A stretch of DNA of 62,989 nt, counting the filler, from Olpidium bornovanus S191 (lineage: Eukaryota > Fungi > Olpidiomycota), in NCBI GenBank assembly GCA_017911155.1. It is 30 parts of 30 records of this genome, joined end to end, with 100 filler letters (N's around TTAATTAATTAA, not from the genome) between each part and the next. Parts side by side here need not be neighbours in the genome. Positions count along the whole stretch, not along the records: positions 10,650 to 12,396 come from JAEFCI010001390.1; positions 12,497 to 13,944 come from JAEFCI010005358.1; positions 14,045 to 16,287 come from JAEFCI010006094.1; positions 16,388 to 18,576 come from JAEFCI010003172.1; positions 18,677 to 20,661 come from JAEFCI010004246.1; 25 more parts are not named here. One strand, written 5' to 3'. Below, in pieces: positions 11,133-20,761 of this stretch. The first letter of the stretch is position 1; every line of letters begins with the position of its first letter. Position numbers and translations under genes: made by a program. Below the pieces are notes generated by a model. That model ran no database searches, had not been told where the DNA came from, and saw only the letters and a list, made by a program, of their open reading frames with translations.

Positions 11133-11502
11133 GCCGCGCCGGCGCGCAATACATCCTCTCCCGTCAGCTTCGACGGGACGCGCGTCGGCTCGCCGGGGCA
11201 AGGGGGGGAAGGGCCGGGGGGGGGGGGGTCGTACTAATAACCGCTGTGCCGCTTTTGAGACTGTTAGTTGTGATGTTTTGACCGTCGGTGGCCGGCGGTT
11301 GGTGGAGGGCGCGGTTGTGGCGTTCGTTGCTGGGTTGCTTTCGCGGCCTCCTCCTTTTTTTTTTTTTTTTTTTTTCCCCCCCGCCCCCCCCCCCCCCCCC
11401 CCCTTCTCGCCCACCCCCTTTTCCCCATCCCGACCCCTGCGCCCGCCCGCCCGCCCGCCCGCGGGAAAAATATTCCGTGTTTGTGCCGACACCCGCGAAA
11501 AT

Positions 11503-11864
11503 ATGGACAGCGCCTACGCCAGCCGGTCCTTGCCCGCCGCCGGGCCCCAGTCCGCGCCGGGCGACGACGGCGGCCCCGACGATGACCGGGCGCGCGGCTG
11601 CGGCGACCGCGCGCACTCCTGCTTCAGCCACGCGGCGCCCGGTCGTCCCCCGCGCGGCCGCGGCTGCATCGCCGCCGTCAAGGGCTGGTACACCCCCGTC
11701 CCCTCCCCGCCCGGCAACAAGCATGCCGGCCCGCCCGGCCCGAGGCCGCGCTACTGCAACGGCCGCCTGTCCAAGCGCGCTTTTCTCCTCGGCCACTGCC
11801 TCGTGGGCACGCTGCTGCTGTTTGCGATCCTTGCACCAATCATGTAGGCGGCGGTGGCTCTTCG

Positions 11865-11908
<44 letters not shown>

Positions 11909-12396
11909 AACCGCATGATGGTTCAAGCGAGGGGAGAGGGGGGCGGAGCGTTCTCCGGGTCCTCGCACGCCTGACCCACGCCGTTTGCTCCGTTCGCTGC
12001 AGGTACGCCGTCGTTATCCCGGCCGTCGTCCGCGATCGATTTGCGAACGCAGACCTCAGCCAGCTGCTCGTCCACCGCGTCGACGTCGACCGGTACACAG
12101 CTACGGGGTTGGAGTACAGCGTCAGCGTCGAGCTGCCTCCGCAAATGTCGTTTCCGGTGACCGCGTCGCTTGGCGCCATGACCGCCCGTGTCGAGACGGA
12201 GGACGCGGCGGTCCTCGTTGACGTCGAGTGTCCGCCTTTGAAGGACGTCACCCTCTCTCAACAGCTCAAGATCTCCATGGAGGGTTCAGTGAATTTCAAT
12301 CACATAGAAAGCATCAGCAACCTTGTTCGCGAGTACTCCTCCGGGCAGTTCAAGGAACGCAACCTGTACGTCCGGACCGGCCTCACCATCTCCATG
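11503..12396 (+). CDS. type II membrane protein, DUF3712/LEA2-like, 3' partial
   Basis: Exons 11503-11843 and 12003-12396 encode a disordered N-terminus, one TM segment (FLLGHCLVGTLLLFAILAPIMYAVVIPAVV) and then a beta-rich lumenal domain. The family call is from architecture only. Confidence 0.55.
11868..11907. repeat. (TG)20 microsatellite inside an intron
   Basis: Read directly from the sequence. Confidence 0.95.
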
Positions 12397-12496
12397 NNNN
12401 NNNNNNNNNNNNNNNNNNNNNNNNNNNNNNNNNNNNNNNNTTAATTAATTAANNNNNNNNNNNNNNNNNNNNNNNNNNNNNNNNNNNNNNNNNNNN

Positions 12497-12537
<41 letters not shown>

Positions 12538-12769
12538 TTTGTTTGTCCGGGGAACCCGCAGAAATTACCCCCCCACCGCCCGCCTGCGGTTTCTGGGACG
12601 ATGCCCGGGCAAAACCCCCGCTCTGGACGAAACGCCACGCGACACGGAGGTTCCCCTCTCCGTGAGAAACGGGTTGCGCGCCCAGGCACACAAACCCCAC
12701 GTGCGCGCGCGCGCGCCACCCTAACCTCCGATTATTGTCCCTGTGGGGAAGGGGGGTTTGCCTGCCCGG

Positions 12770-13870
12770 ATGACCGCGTCTCCGGATACGGTCTCCGGCC
12801 GCGCTGGAGCAAGGCGCCGCGGTTCGGCCGGCGGCACGGGCGCTACCGACGCCGCGGTCACGGCGACGACGAGAGACGGGGTGTCCATCTCGTGCTACCT
12901 CGAGCGGAAAGCGGACGCGGCTCCGGGCGACGCGGGGAGCGGCGGAAGAAGGGGGAAGAAGAGGCCGCTGGCGGTGGTGTGCCACGGCCTGATGAACACG
13001 CACCAGTCGTCCACCGTCCGCCGGATGTGCTCGCGGCTGCCGTTCAGCTGCGTGACGTTCGACTTCAGGGGGATGGGCCACTCGGGCGGCGCGACGGCGG
13101 TCGGGAACTACCTTTCCGAGGCGGAGGACCTGGACGCGGTCGTCGCGGAGGCGCGGCGGAGGTGGGGCGGCGAGTTCGAGCTCGCCGCGGTCGTCGGACA
13201 CTCGAAGGCCGGGTCCGTCGTGCTGTTCTGGGCGGCGACGGTGATGCGACGGTGGATGGACAGGCCGCCGGGGGAGGAGGAGGGGCCCGGCGCGGACCGC
13301 GAGTCGGACTGGTGGCACGGCGGGTGCCTGCGGATCGTGAACCTCTCCGGGCGGTTTGACCTCAGCCAAGGGGCGTTTAACCGGTACACCGACGAGCAGA
13401 AGAGGCTTCTTCTCGGGGAGCCGGCGGCGGCGGCGGGCGGCGCGGGCGGAGGGGAAGAGGCCGCCGTCGTGCTGGCGGAGTACGGCGGCGGCAAGGACTC
13501 GAACCTGGCGGCCTCGAACCCGGACTCCGACGCGGACCCGAGGGGCGCGTTCCCGGTGCGCAGGTACCTCGTCCGCCCCTCGGACGTCCGGCAGCGCCTC
13601 GAGACGCGGATGGAGCCCGTTGGCGAGACGGCCCGGAACTTCTTCCGGGAGGGCCGGGTCCCCCTCTTCCGCGTGAAGTTCCTCACCGTGCACGGCGGGA
13701 AGGACGAGGTCATCCCCGTCCGCGACGCCCAGCTGTACCACGACCTTCTGAAGCCGCGGCACGAGCTGTTCATCGTGCCCGAGGGCGACCATAGATTCAC
13801 TCGCGCGGCAGATATGGACGCGGCCGCCGCCCGCATATGCAGCTGGGTAGGCGCCGAATCCACGACGTGA
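12770..13870 (+). CDS. alpha/beta-hydrolase (esterase-like), intronless
   Basis: Motifs: VCHGL oxyanion, FDFRGMGHSGG, nucleophile elbow GHSKAG, acid HGGKDEVIP, His GDHRFT. Single uninterrupted ORF ending in TGA at 13868-13870. Confidence 0.9.
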   Translation: MTASPDTVSGRAGARRRGSAGGTGATDAAVTATTRDGVSISCYLERKADAAPGDAGSGGRRGKKRPLAVVCHGLMNTHQSSTVRRMCSRLPFSCVTFDFRGMGHSGGATAVGNYLSEAEDLDAVVAEARRRWGGEFELAAVVGHSKAGSVVLFWAATVMRRWMDRPPGEEEGPGADRESDWWHGGCLRIVNLSGRFDLSQGAFNRYTDEQKRLLLGEPAAAAGGAGGGEEAAVVLAEYGGGKDSNLAASNPDSDADPRGAFPVRRYLVRPSDVRQRLETRMEPVGETARNFFREGRVPLFRVKFLTVHGGKDEVIPVRDAQLYHDLLKPRHELFIVPEGDHRFTRAADMDAAAARICSWVGAESTT

Positions 13871-13912
13871 TGAAACACGGGTAGGCGCCGAATCCACGAC
13901 GTGATGAAACAC
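13845..13912 (+). repeat. perfect 34-bp tandem duplication spanning the hydrolase stop codon
   Basis: GGGTAGGCGCCGAATCCACGACGTGATGAAACAC occurs twice (13845-13878 and 13879-13912). Confidence 0.95.
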
Positions 13913-14045
13913 GGGGCCCACCCCCCCCCCCCCCCCCCCCCCCCNNNNNNNNNNNNNNNNNNNNNNNNNNNNNNNNNNNNNNNNNNNNTTAATTAATTAA
14001 NNNNNNNNNNNNNNNNNNNNNNNNNNNNNNNNNNNNNNNNNNNNC

Positions 14046-14939
14046 CAGGCCTGGCTCAGGGAGGAGGCCCGCCGCCGCTGCGGGCTCCCCGAGAACCGCG
14101 CCGCGCTCGTCAACAGGAACATCCCCGACCCCCGCGGCGAGCGCGAGGCCGCCGGCATCCGCATGGGCGAATTCGTCAGCGGCGCCCGCAAGCCCCAGCA
14201 CCAGCAGCACGCCGCAGCCGCCGCCGCGCAGAGGGCCGCCGCCGCGGCCGCGCAGAGGGCCGCCGCAGTGACGGCGGCCCGCCGCCGCGCCGCCGAAGCC
14301 GCCCGCCGCGTCGACACGACGAAGATCTGGACCGACGAGCTCAGGCGCGCGTTCGAGCCCGCCCCTTACGACGCCGGAGCGCCGTGCCGTCCCGATCCTC
14401 TCCAGAAGGGCGGCCGCGGTCCGAGCGCCGCCGAAGTCCTCCGCATCTGCCCGTCCGCCGCCGCCGACGGCGACGAGCCGTCCGACGCCGACAAGCAGCA
14501 GCCCGCCGCCGGGACCGAATCCCCCGCCGCCTTTCGCGACGAGGCGGCGCCGGGCTCGGCCGCGCCCGCCGGTTCCCCTCAGCAGCAGCAGCGCCAGCAG
14601 CCGAACAAGGAAAAAGCCGCCGAACAGCTGCGCTGGTACTCCGCCGGAGGCGGAGGCTACGTGACCGCCGCAGAAGTCGGCCGCGCCATCGCGGCCGCCG
14701 CCCACAAGGGCCGCCAGCAGCAGCACCAGCAGCTGCAGACGCTGCGCGCCATCCAGGCGCTGCACAAGCGCCAATCCGCCGTCCCGGCCTCTTTCCCCTG
14801 GTCCTGCGGCGCCGGCGCTCCCTTCGCCAAGGGCGCCGCCTACGGCCAGCCGTCGTGGACCTCGTACCCCTGGTCCTGCGCGACCGGCATTCCCGTTACC
14901 GGGAAGCACTACGGTTACGCCCAGCCCTGGGCCTCTTGA
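14046..14939 (+). CDS. hypothetical Ala/Gln-rich protein, 5' partial
   Basis: The frame is open from the contig edge (QAWLREEARRRCGLPENRAALVNRNIPDPRGERE...) to TGA 14939, with strong C/G third-position bias. It ends just before an AT-rich low-complexity region. Confidence 0.65.
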   Translation, partial: QAWLREEARRRCGLPENRAALVNRNIPDPRGEREAAGIRMGEFVSGARKPQHQQHAAAAAAQRAAAAAAQRAAAVTAARRRAAEAARRVDTTKIWTDELRRAFEPAPYDAGAPCRPDPLQKGGRGPSAAEVLRICPSAAADGDEPSDADKQQPAAGTESPAAFRDEAAPGSAAPAGSPQQQQRQQPNKEKAAEQLRWYSAGGGGYVTAAEVGRAIAAAAHKGRQQQHQQLQTLRAIQALHKRQSAVPASFPWSCGAGAPFAKGAAYGQPSWTSYPWSCATGIPVTGKHYGYAQPWAS

Positions 14940-15089
14940 AGGGGCGCGCAAGCAAAGCCGATCCAGCTTGACTTTCAAGAAAAGACGCCGTTTTCAACAG
15001 GATTTTTTTTATTTTTTATTTTTTTGTTATTTTTTTTTTTTTTTTTTTTTTTTTTGGCCGGCTCCCCCCCGGCTAAAAAATTTTCCCCG

Positions 15090-15128
<39 letters not shown>

Positions 15129-15242
15129 GATCGAGTTTTCGAAGCGTCCCGGCATTCCCGAAACGAAACGCAGCGAGTTTGTGGACGCGGTCGATTGGCA
15201 ACTGAATGAAACCTCTTTGCGCCGGTGGTGATCGTCGTTTTC

Positions 15243-15276
<34 letters not shown>

Positions 15277-16387
15277 CCTTTCCCCAAAAAACCCCCCCCG
15301 GGTGCAAACAGAGCAGGCTGCCGCGCCACGTCGCCCGAAATTTCCGATCAAACCCGTATCGTGCCAATTCTCGACAAAAGGACGCGCCGCCGAGGGTCAC
15401 GCCCCCGAGTTTTCGCCCCCGAGGGTCACGCGTGCTCCGCCGCCCGGGCCCGATTTTTTTTTTTTTTTTTTTTGATCCTTTTTCTCCTTGGCGATTCGGG
15501 GACCAAAGTTCCACCTTTTTGTCGTAACTTCAGAAGAGTGAGAAAAGAAAATAGGAAGGGCAAAAGAGAAGGACAAACGGGTAACAGGAAAAAAAGAAAA
15601 AAAAAAGATAAAAAAGGATGGAAAAGAGAGCAGAAAAAAAGGGAAAAAAAAAGGAAATAGAGAAAGAATAAATAAATAAAAAAGAAGAAAATAAAAAAGG
15701 AAACGAGAAAAAAAATGAAACAAAGGAGAAAAAAGGAAAAAAAAGATAGAAAAAAAACAAAAGAAAAAAGCAAGAAAAGAAGAAATCAAAAAAATTAGAC
15801 CAATGGAAAGAGAAAGAAAAACAAAAGAGGAGCGACAAAGAAAATCGCAAGGCGCGGGGCACACGGCCGTAAGGCCTTTCGTGCGTCGTGTGTGGGTACG
15901 TGAGCTGCTGCTGCTGCTGCTGGCGGTGGTGCCGTGCCGCCTCCCCGCGGCGGCACATTTTTGCCTGCGGGAAAGAGGAGTTACGCGTTTGAATCTGTTC
16001 CCTCGCACTCCCCCGCTTGTCCCGCCGTTCTTCTGCTCGCACGCGTAAAAACGCGCGGCGCTCCGCTCCCCTCGCGTTCGTGCGGGCACATTTTCTCTTT
16101 CCGCCGCCTTGGCAACAACCCCCCCCCCCCCCCCCCCCCACGCCACCCCTCTCCTCCGCCGCTTCACATGCCGGGTCAAAGTGCAGCGCGCGCAACCCAA
16201 ACCCGGCGAAAACCCAACAACAGCACAGCGACAACAGCAACATCACCGCGGTTTTCGAAAAGCCGTTTGAGGGTAACGGGACAGGAANNNNNNNNNNNNN
16301 NNNNNNNNNNNNNNNNNNNNNNNNNNNNNNNTTAATTAATTAANNNNNNNNNNNNNNNNNNNNNNNNNNNNNNNNNNNNNNNNNNNN

Positions 16388-16462
16388 CGGCGGCGAGCGC
16401 GCAGCGGCGGCAAGCGCGCAGCGGCGGCGAGCACGCAGCGGCGGCGAGCGCGCAGCGGCGGC
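16388..16462. repeat. 17-bp tandem repeat, about 4.4 copies
   Basis: Unit CGGCGGCGAGCGCGCAG with single substitutions, at the contig edge. Confidence 0.85.
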
Positions 16463-17541
16463 GGCACAGATGATGGCGCCTGCGGCGGCGGGCGCGCAGC
16501 GGCGGGGGGGGGGGGGGGGGGCGGGGGGCGGGTGGGGGGGGGGGGGCGGGGGGGGGGGGGGGGTGGGGAGCGGGGGGCGGCGGAGTGGGGCCAGCTGTCA
16601 AATCAAATTGAACCGTCCTCCTGTATTTATGCCCACCCCGCCCCTCCCATTTCGCCCCCCGCCTTTTCCTCCCCGGCTACATATCCTCGGGAAAACCGGG
16701 TGATCCCCGCCGAGGTGGCCCACCTGCGTAACAAACGAAAGAACCAATTAAAAACAAAAACGGAATTAAACAAACGAAAAAAAAAGTCGACTGCGAAATC
16801 AAACCGCCGCGGGGCAAGCTTGTTTCGCGAACGTGCCCTCGGTTGTCAGAAAGACGGGCTTTTTACCTTCAAATGCGGAACCCCCCCACCCCCTCCCTCC
16901 CCCCGCACAGTTAAACCAAAAAAAAGAAAGGGACCGCGTCTACTTTTCGGTCTTGAGGGGGGCGCGGCCCGCCAACCCGCCCGGCCGCCGCCACGACTGC
17001 GGCCCGGCGCGCGCACCGGAGACGCGACCTTGGGTCTGTTCTGCTGCGCTCACAAGTTCCGGCACAGACGTGAAATCTCGGGGTTCGGACCTCCCGAAAA
17101 CGGCGGTCGGCGTTGGTTTCTCGTTTTTTTTTTTTTTTTTCCTTTTTTTTTCGTTTTTTTTTTTTTTTTTTTTTTTTCCGGCATGCGGGTATCGGGTCCG
17201 ACAGCTGGGCCAAACCTCCCCCACACAGCTGCGCAACGAAAAAAAACGTTCGCCAAAAAGTATAACGTCCGCGACCAGGTACTTTTCTGCCATCTACATG
17301 TGGCATCTTCGGCGTCTGCGGCAATGGGATCCCCGTCACCAGGAAGGGAAGGAAAGGACCTCCATGTAAGGGGGCGGTTCGGGGCGGACCTGGCTTGCTG
17401 CCAACAAACTCAGCCGACAATCAAGCGGCCGGGCATTCGATCCAAGGGCGGCGCAACCTTTCGTATGCACTGTTCGGCGGCGAGCGCAGACCTTGGTGCC
17501 GGCGCGAAACAGACGCCGCCGAAAGGGACCGAGCCCGCTGT

Positions 17542-18458
17542 TCAGGCGCACTCCCCTTCCGCGACGACGCACTCGCCTGTTTTCGGCGAAGCAGAGTCGG
17601 AGGGGCGAGCGGGCAAAGAGGGGGAAGAGGTGGAAGGGAGAAAGTGGTTGCAGCGATGAGAGGGCGAGATTGTTTTTTTTTTCTTCCTATTTTCCTTTCG
17701 TCGCATCGTCCCTGTCCTCCCCTCCTCTCTCTCTCCCACATCACTCACCGGCCGCCTCGGCTGCGCACCTGTTGCCGTAGGTCCGCCCCGTTTCCCCGCA
17801 CACCGGCCGAAACTCCAGCGTGCAGCGGACGGACTGCGGACCTTCACACGCGGTGTTCAGCGGCTCGCTGGCGTTCGACGGCACGTCGATGCTGCGCGCC
17901 GGGTCCGCCCCGGCCATGGCCGCCTCGCACGCGTTGCGAAAGACCGCGCCGCTCGTGGCGCACACGGGCCTGAACCCCATCGCCTGGCACTCCCTCCTCC
18001 CGCAGCAGTTGCCCGCGACGAGCGGCAGGAGTTCGATGCTGCTGTTGTCGGCCGCGGCGCGCATCGCGTAGCACAGGTTTGAGTAGCTCTTGAGGGGGGG
18101 GGGGGATCGGGGAGGGAGGTTGGATGGGAGGGAGAGGAGGGAAGAGGGGGATATGGGTGGGGGGGGGCGGGCAAGGACCGGGCCAGTTGGTGAGGGAAAA
18201 TGAGGGACGGGCGGCCGGGGCGTCAGCACCTTAACGAAACTTTCTTTTTTTCTTTTTTTCCTGCGGGGCGCGGCCCCCCCATCGACCACACAATCCCCCG
18301 ACCACCGCCTTTCTGAAGTTCGCGCACTAACTTGCCTGCCCGTTGCCCGCGCAAACCGGAGAGTAGATGTCTTTGCACGCCCACGTTCCGTCGCATCCGG
18401 CGGCGGACGACGCGAGCGTCAGCAGGAAAAGCGCGGTGGCCGGATCGAAGTTTCTCAT
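17542..18458 (-). CDS. secreted three-domain Kazal-type serine protease inhibitor
   Basis: Exons 18458-18336, 18088-17749 and 17576-17542 (first intron GC-AG). Signal peptide MRNFDPATALFLLTLASSAAG is followed by ACKDIYSPVCAGNGQSYSNLC, ECQAMGFRPVCATSGAVFRNAC and RCTLEFRPVCGETGRTYGNRC...VVAEGECA*, each fitting the Kazal consensus C-x7-PVCG-x4-TY-x-N-x-C...G-x-C. Confidence 0.9.
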
Positions 18459-19232
18459 GGCAGCGTGCTTTATACCTTGCAGCGCTTTCTTCGTTCTTCA
18501 GCGATGTGACGGTTGAGCTTCGCAGACTGGGGGAAAGGGCGTTCTTTGGCGGGGGCGGGGTTGTCAAGAGGGGGAANNNNNNNNNNNNNNNNNNNNNNNN
18601 NNNNNNNNNNNNNNNNNNNNTTAATTAATTAANNNNNNNNNNNNNNNNNNNNNNNNNNNNNNNNNNNNNNNNNNNNCATGTATCGCGCTTCGTGCGCAAT
18701 TGTTGACCGTACCGAGCGGAAGGACACGAGTGACGCGGTACCCGGCAACGACGAACCGCTCGATAAATTCGGCGGGGGTGTACGTCGCGACCGTGGAGCA
18801 TGGACGATGCGAGGGCCTCCCGAGCATGGCGGAGCGGAAAAGGGGCGCGCGGAGGGGAGCTCGGAAGACGAAGAGGGGCGGAGGCGGAAGAGGAGGTTGT
18901 TAAGTGGCGCCCAGCGCCCTTGGGATAATACCTACTTGGGTTGGGATGGAAAGGTTCCTGAAGTTCAGTTTCCGGAATCTCGGGTTTTATATTTTATACA
19001 TTGCATCTTTTATTTTGTATTTTGTATTTTGCATAAAATTTTTTTTGTATTCTACGGGTGGCGTAGAGCAGCAGGCTAGCGCCCCAAGTACGAGCTCGGC
19101 GCTTTACAGCGGGACGCCCTGGTTGTCTCGCTGCCCTCGCCGTCCCACTCGGTGCCCAGACCACCCCGCCTCCCTTCGACCCCAGCGTCGTCTTCGCCCT
19201 TCGCCCCGAGGCGCCACGCACACAATCCTCCA

Positions 19233-19526
19233 ATGGGCCGGAAGCCGAGAGTAGGAGTGCTCGGTGGGTGAAGCGCTTTCGTTTGCGTTTCAGTTGGGGA
19301 CGGAGGGCCGCATTTTACTCTCGCCGGTGGGTAGAAAAGGGCGTCCTTACCCCCTTCCGATGCCGAGCGTCGCGGGGCCGGACCGCGAGCGCCGCCCGCC
19401 GCCCCTTTCCGTTCCGCGCCGGGCGTGCCCGCGGCTTTTTCCGCGACGAGAACCCCTCCCCGTCGGGAAACTACGTCGGTTCCTTATTGTCGACCGTCCG
19501 TCGCTGCGCTGGGCTTGGGGCGCGCC

Positions 19527-19564
<38 letters not shown>

Positions 19565-20338
19565 CGGTCCCCACGCGCGCGCTCGCGTTTTGTGCCAAAG
19601 CCCTCCAAGGAGATTTCGTAGAGCACATCAACCTCCTGAAGGCCATCCCGGACTTGGTGGCCGCAGCCGTGCCCGTCCGGACTCCGGAGCAGCTGCTCAA
19701 CGTCGATGCGCTTATCATCCCCGGAGGCGAGTCGACCTCCATGGCCATCACTGCGGAGCAGACCGGTATGCTCGAACCTTTGAGGGAGTTCGTCAGGACG
19801 AAGCCGACGTGGGTGAGTTTCGACGGAAAGAAAACAAATAATGCTTGTGGTTTTTTACCGTCGGACCCCGAGCAAGGGGGTTTTTTTTTCTCACTGACAC
19901 CGTCGCCAAGAACAAAAGGGGACGTGTGCCGGCATGATCCTCCTCTCGAACGCCGCGGAGCGCATGAAGCAAGGGGGCCAAAAGCTCTTGGGCGGTCTTG
20001 ACGTTGTCGTCCGGCGGAACCAGTTCGGCTCTCAGTTGGCATCTTTCGAAGCGCCGCTGCACATCGAGGGTTTCTCGGATCCGTTCATGGCGGTTTTCAT
20101 TCGCGCGCCGGTGGTCTGCGAGGTCAAGAGCGACGCCGTGCAGGTCCTCGCGCGGTTGGAAACCCATAAGGTCGACGTGGACGGAAACGACGAACTGGGC
20201 GCGGTCGTCGCGGTCAGGCAGGGGCACCTGCTTGCCACTGCCTTCCACCCGGAGCTCACGCACGATGACAGGATGCACAGGCTCTTTCTGGGCATCGTCA
20301 GGGAAACGGGTCTGCTGGAGGAGCTCGCCAGCGCCTGA
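19233..20338 (+). CDS. SNO1: pyridoxal 5'-phosphate synthase glutaminase subunit (PDX2/SNO)
   Basis: Exons 19233-19263, 19601-19812 and 19919-20338 are in frame and contain VGVLALQGDF.EH, IIPGGEST, WGTCAG (catalytic Cys), RNQFGSQ, FIRAP and FHPEL (His/Glu). The gene is complete. Confidence 0.95.
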
Positions 20339-20761
20339 CGAGTTTGCTTTTGCCGGCGTTGCAAACTGGCGGCGCAGCCCATTGCTGTCGGTTTGCACGC
20401 CCAAGTCTGATTCTTCATGGTGCTGTGCAAAATCCCCCTCTCCCCCTTTTCCCCACCCCACACGCCAGATCCAAACAGGCGCCTTAATGCCTTTTCATTA
20501 GTAGAAAGCAAATTTTATTGAAGCATTTGGCCAGGTCCTGTCAGACTACAACCATCACCTGACTGACCTCCCAAAGATGTACCGTACACCGCGTGCGACC
20601 GCGCGCAAACTCTGAATATAAAGACAAACAACTTTTTTCCGAATGTGTCTCCTTTCCATGCNNNNNNNNNNNNNNNNNNNNNNNNNNNNNNNNNNNNNNN
20701 NNNNNTTAATTAATTAANNNNNNNNNNNNNNNNNNNNNNNNNNNNNNNNNNNNNNNNNNNN

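Noticed and set aside
14940-16287. Poly-K, poly-F, poly-G and poly-P ORFs
   Set aside because: These are translations of homopolymer and A/G-rich low-complexity DNA. A possible signal-peptide exon at 16246 (minus) could not be linked to anything.
18677-19232. PDX1/SNZ gene divergent from PDX2/SNO, as in many fungi
   Set aside because: The minus-strand open segment (YTPAEFIERFVVAGYRVTRVLPLG) shows no PDX1 motif such as MLKGGVIMDV.
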